The notes: generated by a model not told the origin, from the sequence alone. A stretch of 64,000 nt of DNA from Vulcanimicrobiota bacterium (GCA_963786105.1 CAWAXX010000016.1:1-64000); one strand, 5' to 3'; counted from the stretch's first letter, positions 42,836 to 52,922 are shown. Translations and numbers: made by a program.

Positions 42836-44697
42836 TGCGGAAGCACCTGCACGATGAAGTACGGGCTCCACCGGATGTTTCCGAAGTTGAAGTAGTAGAT
42901 GCGCTGGACGTCGAGCACCATGTGTGGCAGAATCTTAAACCGCACGTCGCCGGTAAGGTCGTTGGGCGGCTGGCCGAGATAGTTGTTGTAGAGCGGCTCA
43001 CCAATAACGTTAGTGAGCGGCAGCGGGAAAACGCCCGGCTCCGGAATCGGGAAGTCGTCGTGATGGCGTCCAACGAGCGAAATGTTGAACTCGGGATTGG
43101 GATCGTACACCGCTCCTAAGCTCAGCGTGCGCAGCGTGGAGACCCCGCGAAAGGAGGTCAAGCTTTGCGGACAGAGCGGCCCTTTTAGAGGATCGTTGTT
43201 CACCGTGCATGCCGGATAGCCGCCCTGCAGGTAGTAGTCACCGGTGTTCTGGATTTGATAGTTCAGGTAGGCGTTGACCGGGCGTGAAAACTGGCGGCTC
43301 AAACTCACCGTTGTCGTCGTGTTGTCGATGCGATGCGGCAGCGAGTTCCACTGGCGCTGCTTGTTGAAGGTCGCGTTGAGGTAGTAGTCCTGATACGGGT
43401 TATCCCGGTTGCCGATCTTCACCGATGGGGTGAAGAGGTTGAAGCCGAAGACGGTATTCCAGATGGTCGTGTAGGTCGTGGGGCACGGCACCGGCTGCGC
43501 TCCCTTCGCGAACACGCAGGAGCCGCCGTACGATTGAAGCCCCGATACGGCGATCGGCGTCGGTTGATTGTACTGATTCGAGCCGACCGAGTCGTGGTTG
43601 AAGCCGTATCCTCCGTAGATCTGCTCGTAGAGCGGCAGCTTTCCGATCCGGTTCTGAAAACTGGTGGCGGTGAGCTGGATCTGGGATGGGTGTGAAAGAT
43701 TGCCCGGACCGACGGGATTCCTCGGGTTGATCTGCCCAGGCCCGAGCAGGTTGTAGTTCGTAAAGTTCGAGTTTAGCTGCGCGTACGAGTGCGGGAACGC
43801 CGCCGTCATGTTGACGTAGGTCGTCTGGGTTTCCGAAAACGGCGGCGTCGTGAAGAAAATGTCCTGGTTGAGATTGAACTGGGTGAACGTCTGAATCTGG
43901 AAATGCTGGCCCAGCTTCTCGTAGGCGGTCAGGTTGAAGAACCGGTCTTGCTTGGTCAGCGGGTTGACCGAAAAGATCGCGTACTCGTGCTCGCCGACGA
44001 AGTGCTGCTCGAACGCCAAATAGGTGTGGTTGAACGTATCGTAGCGCAGGTGCAGCGCCGACAATGAGTTGTTGTTGCCCGCAAAGTTCCAGGTCGCGTC
44101 GAAATTCGCGCCGGTCAGCGAGTTCTGCGCGAAGTATTGATTCGGCGAAAAGTTGACGACGTAGGAGCCCAACGGTAGACCGACTCCGCCGACGTACGCC
44201 GCCGCGCCGGCGAAGCGCGCGTAACTCCTCGTGCCGATGACGGCTTCCGACGCGGTGATGCTGGGGTCTTTTGGAACTTGCGGAAAGGCGAACGTATCGC
44301 CGGGCATGACGCGCCCCATCGCCGGATGCGCGAGATCCCCGTTGAGAAAGGTCCACCGATCCGGTGCGGTCGTCACCGGAACGAAATAGATGCGATTGAA
44401 GTCGAGGAAGTCCGATAGGGCGGCCCCGCTGCGCTGGTCCTTCCCGGAGCGCAGCGTCACGTGCCCGGCCACCAGAAACCGGTTGAGTTTCAGATCCATA
44501 GAGAAGGCGTCGCCGCTGGCGGAAAAGCCATCGCTCGTCCGAACCTGCACGTTGCCGTCGGCCTCGATCAAGAAGGTGTCGTAATAGAACGCGATGTGGT
44601 TCGCGGTCAGCCGAACGATCGTATTCGCCTGCGCCGGGGCGCAGGCGACCGCGAATGCGAGCGGTGCCAGAACCGCGCAGAGCGAGATACGTCGCAC
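42832..44697 (-). CDS. LptD/OstA-like outer-membrane protein
   Basis: GAGGA RBS, GTG start, signal peptide ending AQA. N-terminal beta-jellyroll-like IEADGNVQV...VAGHVTL; aromatic- and Asn-rich amphipathic strands. 621 aa. Confidence 0.5.
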   Translation of the reverse strand: MRRISLCAVLAPLAFAVACAPAQANTIVRLTANHIAFYYDTFLIEADGNVQVRTSDGFSASGDAFSMDLKLNRFLVAGHVTLRSGKDQRSGAALSDFLDFNRIYFVPVTTAPDRWTFLNGDLAHPAMGRVMPGDTFAFPQVPKDPSITASEAVIGTRSYARFAGAAAYVGGVGLPLGSYVVNFSPNQYFAQNSLTGANFDATWNFAGNNNSLSALHLRYDTFNHTYLAFEQHFVGEHEYAIFSVNPLTKQDRFFNLTAYEKLGQHFQIQTFTQFNLNQDIFFTTPPFSETQTTYVNMTAAFPHSYAQLNSNFTNYNLLGPGQINPRNPVGPGNLSHPSQIQLTATSFQNRIGKLPLYEQIYGGYGFNHDSVGSNQYNQPTPIAVSGLQSYGGSCVFAKGAQPVPCPTTYTTIWNTVFGFNLFTPSVKIGNRDNPYQDYYLNATFNKQRQWNSLPHRIDNTTTTVSLSRQFSRPVNAYLNYQIQNTGDYYLQGGYPACTVNNDPLKGPLCPQSLTSFRGVSTLRTLSLGAVYDPNPEFNISLVGRHHDDFPIPEPGVFPLPLTNVIGEPLYNNYLGQPPNDLTGDVRFKILPHMVLDVQRIYYFNFGNIRWSPYFIVQVLPQ

Positions 44698-45186
44698 GAT
44701 GGTCCTCGGATAAGCTTCGGGGATCTGAGAGCTTGCGAACGGTTTTGGCCGACGCTCACCGTATCCTATCGGCAATTCCCCAGCCTCCTTGCGAGCGCGC
44801 GGCGGGACCGCGAGCCGCGCGAGCGGGTGAGCGGGCGCCTGCGGTGCCTCGGGATTTGCGGAACTTCGCCTACCTAAGATGACCGAAGTCACCGGTTCGG
44901 CGGACGGCGCACCGGGGGGTTTTCGGCGAACGCCGAATCGACGGAACGATGCCATCGGGCGGCTTTTTGGCTTGCTTCGATGAACTCGAAGGGTGTCGAG
45001 GAGCATGCAGTGGGGATCCGCGACTGTTACTTTGCCGGATTCGGGCTTACGTGGGGCGTTCCGTTAAGCACGACCGCGACACCATGGAAAAAAAGGACGT
45101 TCGACCTTTTGCGTAGCGTAGACTCTCATGTGTGTGTTTGGCCGCAGGGCTCGCTCGGCCGAGCTTCGGAGCCGGCGGCGTAGACG

Positions 45187-45831
45187 ATGCAAATCGCGAT
45201 CGCTTCGGCGTCGGAGCGCGACGTTCCGGAAACGTGGCGCGTCCTCAAGCGTGCCATCGATCTCGGACTCGGGCTGATATTCTCGATCGTCGCGGCCCCG
45301 ATCGTCCTGGTGGCGGCCGTAGGAATCGTCTGCACGACCGGCGGCGCGCCGTTCTACGCTCAGGATCGCGTTGGGATGCACGGCCGGCGCTTCAAGATGT
45401 TCAAACTGCGTACCATGGTCAACGGCGCACACAAGATGCGCGAAGACCTTATGCATCTCAACGAAGTCGACGGTCCCGTTTTCAAGATTCGAAACGACCC
45501 GCGAACGCATCCGCTGGGGCGTTTCTTACGGCGCACGAGTATCGACGAGCTGCCGAATCTCGTCAACGTCGTGCTCGGGGACATGTCATTGGTCGGTCCG
45601 CGTCCGGCGTTGCCGAGCGAAGTCGAGCACTACGACGCGTTCGCGATGCGCCGCTTGACCGTTCCGCAGGGGCTGACGTGTCTGTGGCAGATCAACGGTC
45701 GTAGCGACGTCTCGTTCGAGGAATGGATGAATCTCGACAACCATTACGTCGACAACTGGACCCCGTTAGGCGATCTCGGGCTGATCGCGCTGACGGTGCC
45801 GGCGGTGCTGCGGAAGGACGGCGCGCATTAA
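45187..45831 (+). CDS. Initiating phosphoglycosyl transferase (bacterial sugar transferase, WbaP/PglC-type domain)
   Basis: KRAIDL, FKLRTM, RNDPRTHPLGRFLRRTSIDELPNL, GDMSLVGPRP, GLTCLWQINGRS. Confidence 0.92.
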   Translation: MQIAIASASERDVPETWRVLKRAIDLGLGLIFSIVAAPIVLVAAVGIVCTTGGAPFYAQDRVGMHGRRFKMFKLRTMVNGAHKMREDLMHLNEVDGPVFKIRNDPRTHPLGRFLRRTSIDELPNLVNVVLGDMSLVGPRPALPSEVEHYDAFAMRRLTVPQGLTCLWQINGRSDVSFEEWMNLDNHYVDNWTPLGDLGLIALTVPAVLRKDGAH

Positions 45832-45910
45832 GCAGCATCTTCGAGTCGTTCCCGAGTCGAAGCGTCCGCAGCCGCATCGTTTCTCGATCGGGGCTTCGAC
45901 GCTCTTTATC

Positions 45911-47455
45911 ATGGGGGCGACCTTTGCGTCGACCGTTCTAGGCTTCATGCGCGAGGTGGTCAGCGCGAAGTTCTACGGCACTCGCTGGGAGATGGACACG
46001 TTTCTGGCGGCGGCGACGATCCCGACGATCTTGTTCGGAGTCTTCAACGGCGCGCTGGTCAGCGCGCTGGTTCCGACGTTCTCGGAATACCTCGCGCATC
46101 GCAAGGAAGACGAAGCGTGGCGGCTGGCGAGCACCGTGCTCAACCTCCTCGCCATCGTTTTGACGGCGTGCGCGATCGTCGGCTTTTTCACCGCGCGCTG
46201 GTACGTTCCGATCATCGCTCACGGCTTTCCGGCACCGCAGATGGGCGTCGCCATACGAATGACGCGCTGGCTGATGCCGAGCATCGTTGCCGTCAGCCTG
46301 AGCGGCGTCCTTTCGGCAATGCTCAACGCCTATCACCGGTTTCGCGCGACGGCGCTGGTCGGCGTGGCCGTCAATTTGGTGACGATCGCGACCGTGCTCG
46401 CGTTCAATCGCAGCCTAGGAATTTACGCCTTGGTCATCGGTACTGCACTCGGACTGTCGGCTCAGATGCTAGTCCAACTGCCGTCGTTTCTCTCGATCAA
46501 GAAGTACCGTTTCACGATCGACCTTCATCACCCGGGTTTGAAAAAAATCTGGATGCTGCTCGGGCCGATCATGGTCGGCTCGGCCGCCGGTCAGCTGGCG
46601 CTCTTTTTCGACCGGTTTTTTGCATCGACGCTGTCACCCGGGTATATCGCCGGGATGAACTATGCGGTCAAACTGGTGAATTTCCCTCAGCAAATCTTCG
46701 CGGCGGCCATCGCGACGGTGATCTTCCCGCTGCTGGCGGCGCAATTTGCGCGCGACAATCGCCAAGGCGTCGCGCGCAGCTTGGTCACCGGTTTGCGACT
46801 GGTGAATTTCATTACGATACCGGCGGTATGCGCGTTGATCGTGCTGGCGCGCCCGATGGTGCAGACCCTGTTCGAGCGCGGAACCTTCCAAGGCGGAGCG
46901 ACCGATTTGACGGCCGGTCTGCTGCCGTATGCCGCCGTCGGATTGCTGGCGCTGGCAGCGAACGTCGTCTTGACGCGGTGCTGCTTCGCGTGCAAGGAAA
47001 CGCTGTGGCCGGTGACGATTTCCGTGGTCACCGTCGTCGTCAACGTGCTGCTGTCGCTCGTGTGGCTCCCGACCCTCGCGGCGCGCGGGTTGCTGCTGGC
47101 TAACTCGGTGAGTCAAACGATGCAGGCGATACTCCTGCTCATGGTCACCGCGCGCCTCGTGTCGGGGATCGATTGGGGTGCGTTGCTCGTCTCGACCGCC
47201 AAGATCGCCCTGAGTTCCCTGGCGATGTTCTTGGCATTGAGCTGGATCGGCGCCTTGGGCGTCATGCCGGATGCGACGCTGGCTTCCCGCGCCTGGTTTC
47301 TTTTCGGCCAAATCGCCATCGGCGGCACGGTCTTCCTGGCCGTCGCCCGCATGCTCGACGTCGAGGAGTTGGAATTGGCCCGGCGCACGATCGTCGCGAA
47401 GTTCGAGCGCAATCTCGTCAGCCCGCCGGACAATCGCGAGGCGCCCATCGCATGA
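45911..47455 (+). CDS. murJ: MurJ/MviN-family lipid-linked glycan flippase (true start possibly ATT at 45827)
   Basis: LGFMREVV, ALVSALVPTF, DRFFASTL, AIATVIFP, LFERGTF; about 14 TM. Confidence 0.85.
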   Translation: MGATFASTVLGFMREVVSAKFYGTRWEMDTFLAAATIPTILFGVFNGALVSALVPTFSEYLAHRKEDEAWRLASTVLNLLAIVLTACAIVGFFTARWYVPIIAHGFPAPQMGVAIRMTRWLMPSIVAVSLSGVLSAMLNAYHRFRATALVGVAVNLVTIATVLAFNRSLGIYALVIGTALGLSAQMLVQLPSFLSIKKYRFTIDLHHPGLKKIWMLLGPIMVGSAAGQLALFFDRFFASTLSPGYIAGMNYAVKLVNFPQQIFAAAIATVIFPLLAAQFARDNRQGVARSLVTGLRLVNFITIPAVCALIVLARPMVQTLFERGTFQGGATDLTAGLLPYAAVGLLALAANVVLTRCCFACKETLWPVTISVVTVVVNVLLSLVWLPTLAARGLLLANSVSQTMQAILLLMVTARLVSGIDWGALLVSTAKIALSSLAMFLALSWIGALGVMPDATLASRAWFLFGQIAIGGTVFLAVARMLDVEELELARRTIVAKFERNLVSPPDNREAPIA

Positions 47456-49431
47456 CCCTTACGGCCACCCTCGAGCGCCCCACTCGTTTTTCGGTCATCA
47501 TCCCCGCGCACAATGAGGAAGATCGCATCGGAAAGACGCTCGTCGACTTCGTCGAGGTGTTTGCCGACTCGGAAATCATCGTCGTCTTGAACGGTTGCAC
47601 CGACGGGACGCGCGACGTCGTCGACCGGCTGCGCGAGTCGAATCACAATCTGCTGGCCATCGAGATACCCGATGCGGTGGGCAAGGGCGGAGCCGTTCGC
47701 GCCGGAATTTTGATGGCTCGCGCCGATGTCGTTGGATACGTCGACGCGGACGGCTCGACGCCCGCGCGCGAAATGCGGCGCCTTTGCGAGGCGGTCGGCG
47801 ACGGCGACGGCGTCATCGGCTCGCGCTGGCTGCCGGGCTCGCTGGTGGCCATCCGTCAATCGTGGGCGCGACGTCTTGCCAGCCGAAACTTCAACGTCAT
47901 CGTGAGGACGCTGTTCGGACTTGGATACTGCGACACGCAATGCGGCGCCAAGGTCTTCCGCCGCGCCGCACTCGAGCGCGTCATGCGCGACGTCGAAACG
48001 GCGAACCTAGCCTTCGACGTGGACCTTCTCTTTATGATGAAGCGCTTGAAGATGCAGATTCGTGAGGAACCGACGTACTGGATCGACATGCAGGGTTCGC
48101 GGGTGCGATTGGCATCGGCGTCGTTGCACATGTTTGCCGCGGTCGTGCGACTGCGTTTGCGCCACTCGTTCTTGGATTTCGTCGTACCACTCTACGACCG
48201 GTTGTTCCCGACCAATCCGGTGCGTTTGCACCACAACCTTCGGATTCTGGTCATCAACTGGCGCGATCCCAAGCATCCTCAGGCAGGCGGGGCCGAGACC
48301 TATCTTTTCGAACAGGCGAAACGTTGGGCGCGCTGGGGTCATCATGTCGAGTGGCTCAGCGGCGGCTTCCCCGGCGGCGAGCCGCGCGAACAGATCGAGT
48401 CGATCCCGGTTCGCCGGGTTGGGAATGCCGTTACCGTGTATGCGGCTGTGCCGTACGCATACCTTCGAGAGTTTCGCGATCGCTTCGACGTGATCGTCGA
48501 TTCATCGAACGGCATTCCGTTCTTCTCACCATTGTTTTCGATGAAACCAAAAGTGTGCATCGTGTATCACGTGCACCGCGAAGTCTTCAAGAAGCACCTT
48601 CCCCGGTCGCTCGCGTACGCGCTCGCGTGGTGCGAGGAAAAACTCGTTCCGGTGGTTTACCGGAACGTCCATTTCGTCACCATCTCCGACGACACGCGCG
48701 CGGAGATGCGCCGCGTCGGAATCGGTAACGCCGGTGCCGGATTGGTGCGTTGCGGCGTTGACGATTCGCTGGTCCCGGGAGAGAAAGCTGCCGTGCCGAC
48801 GGTGCTCTACTTGGGCCGCCTGAAGGCATACAAGCGCGTCGACCGGCTGATCGAAGCCTTTGCCGGCGTGCGCGCGCGGTTGCCGTCGGCGAAGCTGCGC
48901 ATCGCTGGCACCGGAGACGCTCTGCCGGCTTTGAAGGAGCAGGTTTTGCGCTTGGGTCTGGGCGGCGCCGTGATCTTCGAGGGATTCGTCGACGACGATC
49001 GCAAGCGCCGGCTTTTGCAGAGCGCGTGGGTGACGGTGAGTCTCTCCGAAATGGAGGGGTGGGGCATTACCGCGATCGAGGGAAATGCGTGCGGTACGCC
49101 GGCAATCGCGCACGACGTTCCAGGTTTGCGCGAAGCCATCGTCGACGGCGAAAGCGGGCTCATCGTTCCCGATGGCGGCGACGTCGCCGACGCGATCTTT
49201 GCCGTGCTCGACGACGGCGCGTTGCGCAGACGGCTGGAGCGCGGTGCGCTCGCTCGCGCCGCGAAGTTTTCGTGGGACGAAGCCGCGCGGGAGATGCTCA
49301 ACGAAATTATGCGCGCGATCGTCGGACTCGATTTCCGCGCAGTCGATCTCGACGGCCAATGGACGTTTTTCGGCGCGCCGGCGGCAGCCGACGCTTCCTC
49401 TTTGCTCGACACGCGCTCCATTCGAAACTAG
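47452..49431 (+). CDS. Bifunctional GT2 (Dpm/Alg5-like) - GT4 glycosyltransferase fusion
   Basis: N-terminal VIIPAHNEE, GKGGAV, DADGS, DTQCGAKVF. C-terminal NWRDPKHPQAGGAE, LGRLKAYKR, EGWGITAIEGNACGTP. 659 aa. Confidence 0.88.
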   Translation: MTLTATLERPTRFSVIIPAHNEEDRIGKTLVDFVEVFADSEIIVVLNGCTDGTRDVVDRLRESNHNLLAIEIPDAVGKGGAVRAGILMARADVVGYVDADGSTPAREMRRLCEAVGDGDGVIGSRWLPGSLVAIRQSWARRLASRNFNVIVRTLFGLGYCDTQCGAKVFRRAALERVMRDVETANLAFDVDLLFMMKRLKMQIREEPTYWIDMQGSRVRLASASLHMFAAVVRLRLRHSFLDFVVPLYDRLFPTNPVRLHHNLRILVINWRDPKHPQAGGAETYLFEQAKRWARWGHHVEWLSGGFPGGEPREQIESIPVRRVGNAVTVYAAVPYAYLREFRDRFDVIVDSSNGIPFFSPLFSMKPKVCIVYHVHREVFKKHLPRSLAYALAWCEEKLVPVVYRNVHFVTISDDTRAEMRRVGIGNAGAGLVRCGVDDSLVPGEKAAVPTVLYLGRLKAYKRVDRLIEAFAGVRARLPSAKLRIAGTGDALPALKEQVLRLGLGGAVIFEGFVDDDRKRRLLQSAWVTVSLSEMEGWGITAIEGNACGTPAIAHDVPGLREAIVDGESGLIVPDGGDVADAIFAVLDDGALRRRLERGALARAAKFSWDEAAREMLNEIMRAIVGLDFRAVDLDGQWTFFGAPAAADASSLLDTRSIRN

Positions 49432-49505
49432 GAAACATTCTTCAGGGATTCCCTCGCCGCTGGAGTAGGGTTTCTCCCGGCGATTCCGGAAAGAACGGCG
49501 CTGCC

Positions 49506-50198
49506 TTGTGCCTCCCCGATCGCGCGGCGCTTTTATCCGGCCTGCTTATCGTCGTCTCGTCGCTCCTCGCCGCGTGCGGTACACAACCGGCCGCCTCCCC
49601 GGTTCGGGAGCCCGCTGCGGGACTGTCTCGCGCGGTGTCCGCGTTCGAGAAGATCCCGAACGTGACAAACTGGAAGAATTTGCACGGCGCACTGTCGTCT
49701 GGCCCGCTGGACGCACGCGACGAACGACGAATCGTCGACGTGCTCGTCGATAAAGAGGTGCCCGGCCGGATCGCGGACGCGACGGTGGTCGATCTCGCAA
49801 CGATCGACTGGATCGGAACCATGCGTTGGGTTCACGAGCGCAACGTTTCGGCTCGAAACGACCCAAGGCTCCACCCAACGAGCGTCGCGAGCAGCACCGC
49901 CCGGCTGGCTTGGTTGATGCTGGCGGTTCGAGCGAACTACGCCGACGATTTCGTCGATCTGTCGGGCGCGGATCTCCGCTCCCGCTTGCCGCAAGTGGGA
50001 CAATCGGCGAATCTCGCCAACGTCGATTTTTCGGGGACTGCGTTGAGCGGCGCGACCTGGCGCGATTCGAGGCTCGTCAAGGCTCGTTTTTTCCGTACGA
50101 ACGTCGTCGGCGTGTTGCACTGCATCGGCTGCACGTTTGCTCGCGGCCGGCATCGCGGATCGGCTACGCTCGTGGATGGTACATGGATTCTGCGCTGA
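49506..50198 (+). CDS. Putative lipoprotein with pentapeptide repeats
   Basis: Lipobox LAAC; DLSGADL...ANLANVDFSGTALSGATWRDSRLVKARF. Start (TTG) is uncertain. Confidence 0.55.
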   Translation: MCLPDRAALLSGLLIVVSSLLAACGTQPAASPVREPAAGLSRAVSAFEKIPNVTNWKNLHGALSSGPLDARDERRIVDVLVDKEVPGRIADATVVDLATIDWIGTMRWVHERNVSARNDPRLHPTSVASSTARLAWLMLAVRANYADDFVDLSGADLRSRLPQVGQSANLANVDFSGTALSGATWRDSRLVKARFFRTNVVGVLHCIGCTFARGRHRGSATLVDGTWILR

Positions 50199-51964
50199 TT
50201 CGCGGGAACGTGTCGATCGCGCTCGTCCTTCTAGCAGAGCTGGCGTTGCTTCCGTGGACCGCGCATGCGTACGACGCGGTGGCATTTCTTTCGCACACCG
50301 ATCGCGTGTATTTCGCGCACGTTCGACTGACGCCGTTGTGGGCTTTCGGCTCGATTTCGTTGGCGGTACTGTTGCTCTCGCAGCTGCCGGTGCTGCTCGT
50401 CCCGGCGTTGTGGAACGTCGTCCCGGTGCGCATTTTTCTGCTGAAGTTGCCGGCGTGGTGCGCCGATATCGCGACGGCCGCCGTCATTCGTGCGGGCAGT
50501 TTGGATCCGCGGCTCGCCAACGCATGGGCGTTGCGGTACTTGCTCGACCCCGCGGTCGTGTTCGTTACGGTCTTCCACGGGCAAGCCGACGCACTCCCGA
50601 ATCTCTTTGCCGTTGCCGGCATCGCCCTGATGCTTGCCGAAAAATACGAACTGTCGGGCCTGCTGCTCGGTTTGGGAACGGGAACGAAATTTTATCCGGC
50701 TGCCTTCGTTCCGCTCTTGCTTGCGGTTGCCTATCGCCGCGGATCCGGACGGCGCGCGCTGTACGCGTTTGCGTGTTTTGGCGCCGCCGCCTTTGCAACG
50801 CTCGTACCGGTTCTCTGGGGGCGCGCCGCTTCGGTCGTCGGCGCGTACGCAAACAATAGCTTCGGTCCCGAAGGCAGCCGCGTTTCGACGGCGTCGTTGT
50901 GGACGCTCGTACCGCGACACTTCTCGCTGCGACAGGTGTCGTTTTCCCTCTCCCCGCAGCTCGAGCAGCTGGTCGCCGTAGCCATTCCGATACTGCTGGC
51001 AATCGGGGAACTGCGCCATCTTCCGGAAAGGCGGGACGTCGCGCGCGCGGCGATGCTCTCGGCCATGTCGATCGTGTTGCTGAACCCGGGCGCGCATCCA
51101 CCATTTTATCTGTGGATAGCGGGACCGCTGGTATTGTACGCGGCCGTCGCGAACGACGGACTCGTCAGCCTCGCCGGTTTCGTGCTGTCGAGCGTCAGCA
51201 TTTTCACGCAGTTTTGCCAGGAAGGAAGCGACGAATATTTCCTTTTGAACTTCGGTTCGGCCCCACATCTCGGGTTGCTGCGCTGCGTGGCGCCTTCGAC
51301 CGGCCTTCAAGTCGTCGCGCTTTGCGCGGCCGCCGGCGTCGTCGTCGCGGCGTACCGGCGCGAGTTGCTTTCGCCTGAAATCTTGGAACGCTGCCGTCGC
51401 GCCGCACAGGTCGCGGCGTTGGTTTGGTTCGTTGCGTTCGGGTCGGCCGTTGCCGTCGAAACGGCGTCGGCCGCCGCCGCGCCGTCGAGAACGACCGGTT
51501 ACGTCGACCAGGAACGCGCCGTGAACACCTTCGCGATCGATCCGGTCGTGCGGCAGGCCGGCGACGGCTGTTGGTTGACCTACGCCGCAAACGACGTCAT
51601 CGTCTACGCGGGTAACCCGTACGCCGCCCGCTTTGCAACGGCGTCGCTCGGATATACGCTCTTTTCGCCCGAGCGGCTCGCCGTCGGTGGCGGCTCGGTG
51701 TCCGTCGGATCGCTTCCTTCGATCTTCGAAAATATCGACGTGCGCACGATCGGACAGCAGCCGGTTCGAATTACTCGCGAATTCGATCTCACCGCTGATT
51801 TGCGGCCCTTCCGCTACGTCGAGCAATTCGTCGAGCGGCCGTGCACGCTGATTCGTGAAAATCCTTTGCTGATCTATCGTTTCGATTTCGCGGCAGCGCA
51901 GGCGGAGGCCGCGAAGTTGCCGTTGCTCGAACGGTTGAACGTCTTCGCGCGAGGAGGGACCTAA
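50183..51964 (+). CDS. GT-C-type (GT87/PIG-M-like) membrane glycosyltransferase
   Basis: Polytopic. TAHAYD, LKLP...AD, HGQADALP, GTKFYP; extracellular C-terminal domain. Confidence 0.6.
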   Translation: MDSALIRGNVSIALVLLAELALLPWTAHAYDAVAFLSHTDRVYFAHVRLTPLWAFGSISLAVLLLSQLPVLLVPALWNVVPVRIFLLKLPAWCADIATAAVIRAGSLDPRLANAWALRYLLDPAVVFVTVFHGQADALPNLFAVAGIALMLAEKYELSGLLLGLGTGTKFYPAAFVPLLLAVAYRRGSGRRALYAFACFGAAAFATLVPVLWGRAASVVGAYANNSFGPEGSRVSTASLWTLVPRHFSLRQVSFSLSPQLEQLVAVAIPILLAIGELRHLPERRDVARAAMLSAMSIVLLNPGAHPPFYLWIAGPLVLYAAVANDGLVSLAGFVLSSVSIFTQFCQEGSDEYFLLNFGSAPHLGLLRCVAPSTGLQVVALCAAAGVVVAAYRRELLSPEILERCRRAAQVAALVWFVAFGSAVAVETASAAAAPSRTTGYVDQERAVNTFAIDPVVRQAGDGCWLTYAANDVIVYAGNPYAARFATASLGYTLFSPERLAVGGGSVSVGSLPSIFENIDVRTIGQQPVRITREFDLTADLRPFRYVEQFVERPCTLIRENPLLIYRFDFAAAQAEAAKLPLLERLNVFARGGT

Positions 51965-52016
51965 AACGTTGCGAGCCCAGGGAAAATCTTTCGCCGCGTC
52001 GATACACGCCCGTACG

Positions 52017-52922
52017 ATGCCTGACGCTTCCCCCAAGCCGGCCAGCGTCGCGATCGTGCCATGCTATAACGAGGGTCGCAACCCGATCGATCTTTCCGCG
52101 GCGCTGCTGGCGGTACCGGATCTTTCCGTCATTTTTCTCGACGACGCCAGCGAAGGAGCGAGCCGCGACGCGCTTGATTCGGTCACGCACTCCGACCCGC
52201 GCGTGCGCGTGGTGCGCAACGCAACGCGTGCCGGCAAGGTTTCTTCGCTTTTGACGGTCCTACGGGGGCTCGACCCAACGGTGGGTCGCGTTCTGCTGTT
52301 GGACTGCGACGTCGTGGTGGCGGCGCCCACGCTGCAGGCGGTGTTGCGCGAACTCGGACGAGTCGATTTGGTGCTCTCGAACGCCGTCGCAATGCCTAAC
52401 CCGCGTACGGTGTGGGAAAGAGGCGCGATCTTCAGCGCCCGGCGGCACGAGCGTTTGCGCGCGAAAGCCGTTGCCCGGTATCCGGCGCTCTGCAGCAACG
52501 GCAGGCTGTTGGGAATGACCCGGCGGCTGGTCGATGCGATTCTGCGCAGCGACGTGCCGCGCCATACCGAGGACGCTCACTTCATGCTCGTCTGCCTCGC
52601 CGAAGGCTATGGCTATTCGTATCGCGAGGATGCGACGCTGCACTATCGCGCTCCCGACACCCTCGCGGACTATTTGCGCCAGTCGAATCGTTTTAGCGAC
52701 GGGCGCGCGCTCTTACGGGAGCGATGGCCGGCCGAGATGCTCGGCCGTTATTACGATCCGAGGCCGGGGGATTTGTTGAGCTCGTTCTTTGCCGAAGCGT
52801 TGTGCGACCCCATCGGTGCGATCGTCTTTGCGGGGATGCTTGTCACAAAGGCGGCGCGCCCGCGGACGCAACCGCAAGAAGGCGGGTGGGCCGTCGCCGA
52901 TAGCACCAAGGTCCTCCGATGA
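52017..52922 (+). CDS. Glycosyltransferase family 2
   Basis: IVPCYNE, LDDAS, GKVSSL, LLDCD, TEDA, QSNR. Confidence 0.8.
   Translation: MPDASPKPASVAIVPCYNEGRNPIDLSAALLAVPDLSVIFLDDASEGASRDALDSVTHSDPRVRVVRNATRAGKVSSLLTVLRGLDPTVGRVLLLDCDVVVAAPTLQAVLRELGRVDLVLSNAVAMPNPRTVWERGAIFSARRHERLRAKAVARYPALCSNGRLLGMTRRLVDAILRSDVPRHTEDAHFMLVCLAEGYGYSYREDATLHYRAPDTLADYLRQSNRFSDGRALLRERWPAEMLGRYYDPRPGDLLSSFFAEALCDPIGAIVFAGMLVTKAARPRTQPQEGGWAVADSTKVLR

Noticed and set aside
45172..45186. ops/JUMPStart element before the sugar transferase (GGCGGCGTAG)
   Set aside because: It differs from GGCGGTAG by an insertion, lacks the upstream JUMPStart stem and is plausible by chance at this GC content.
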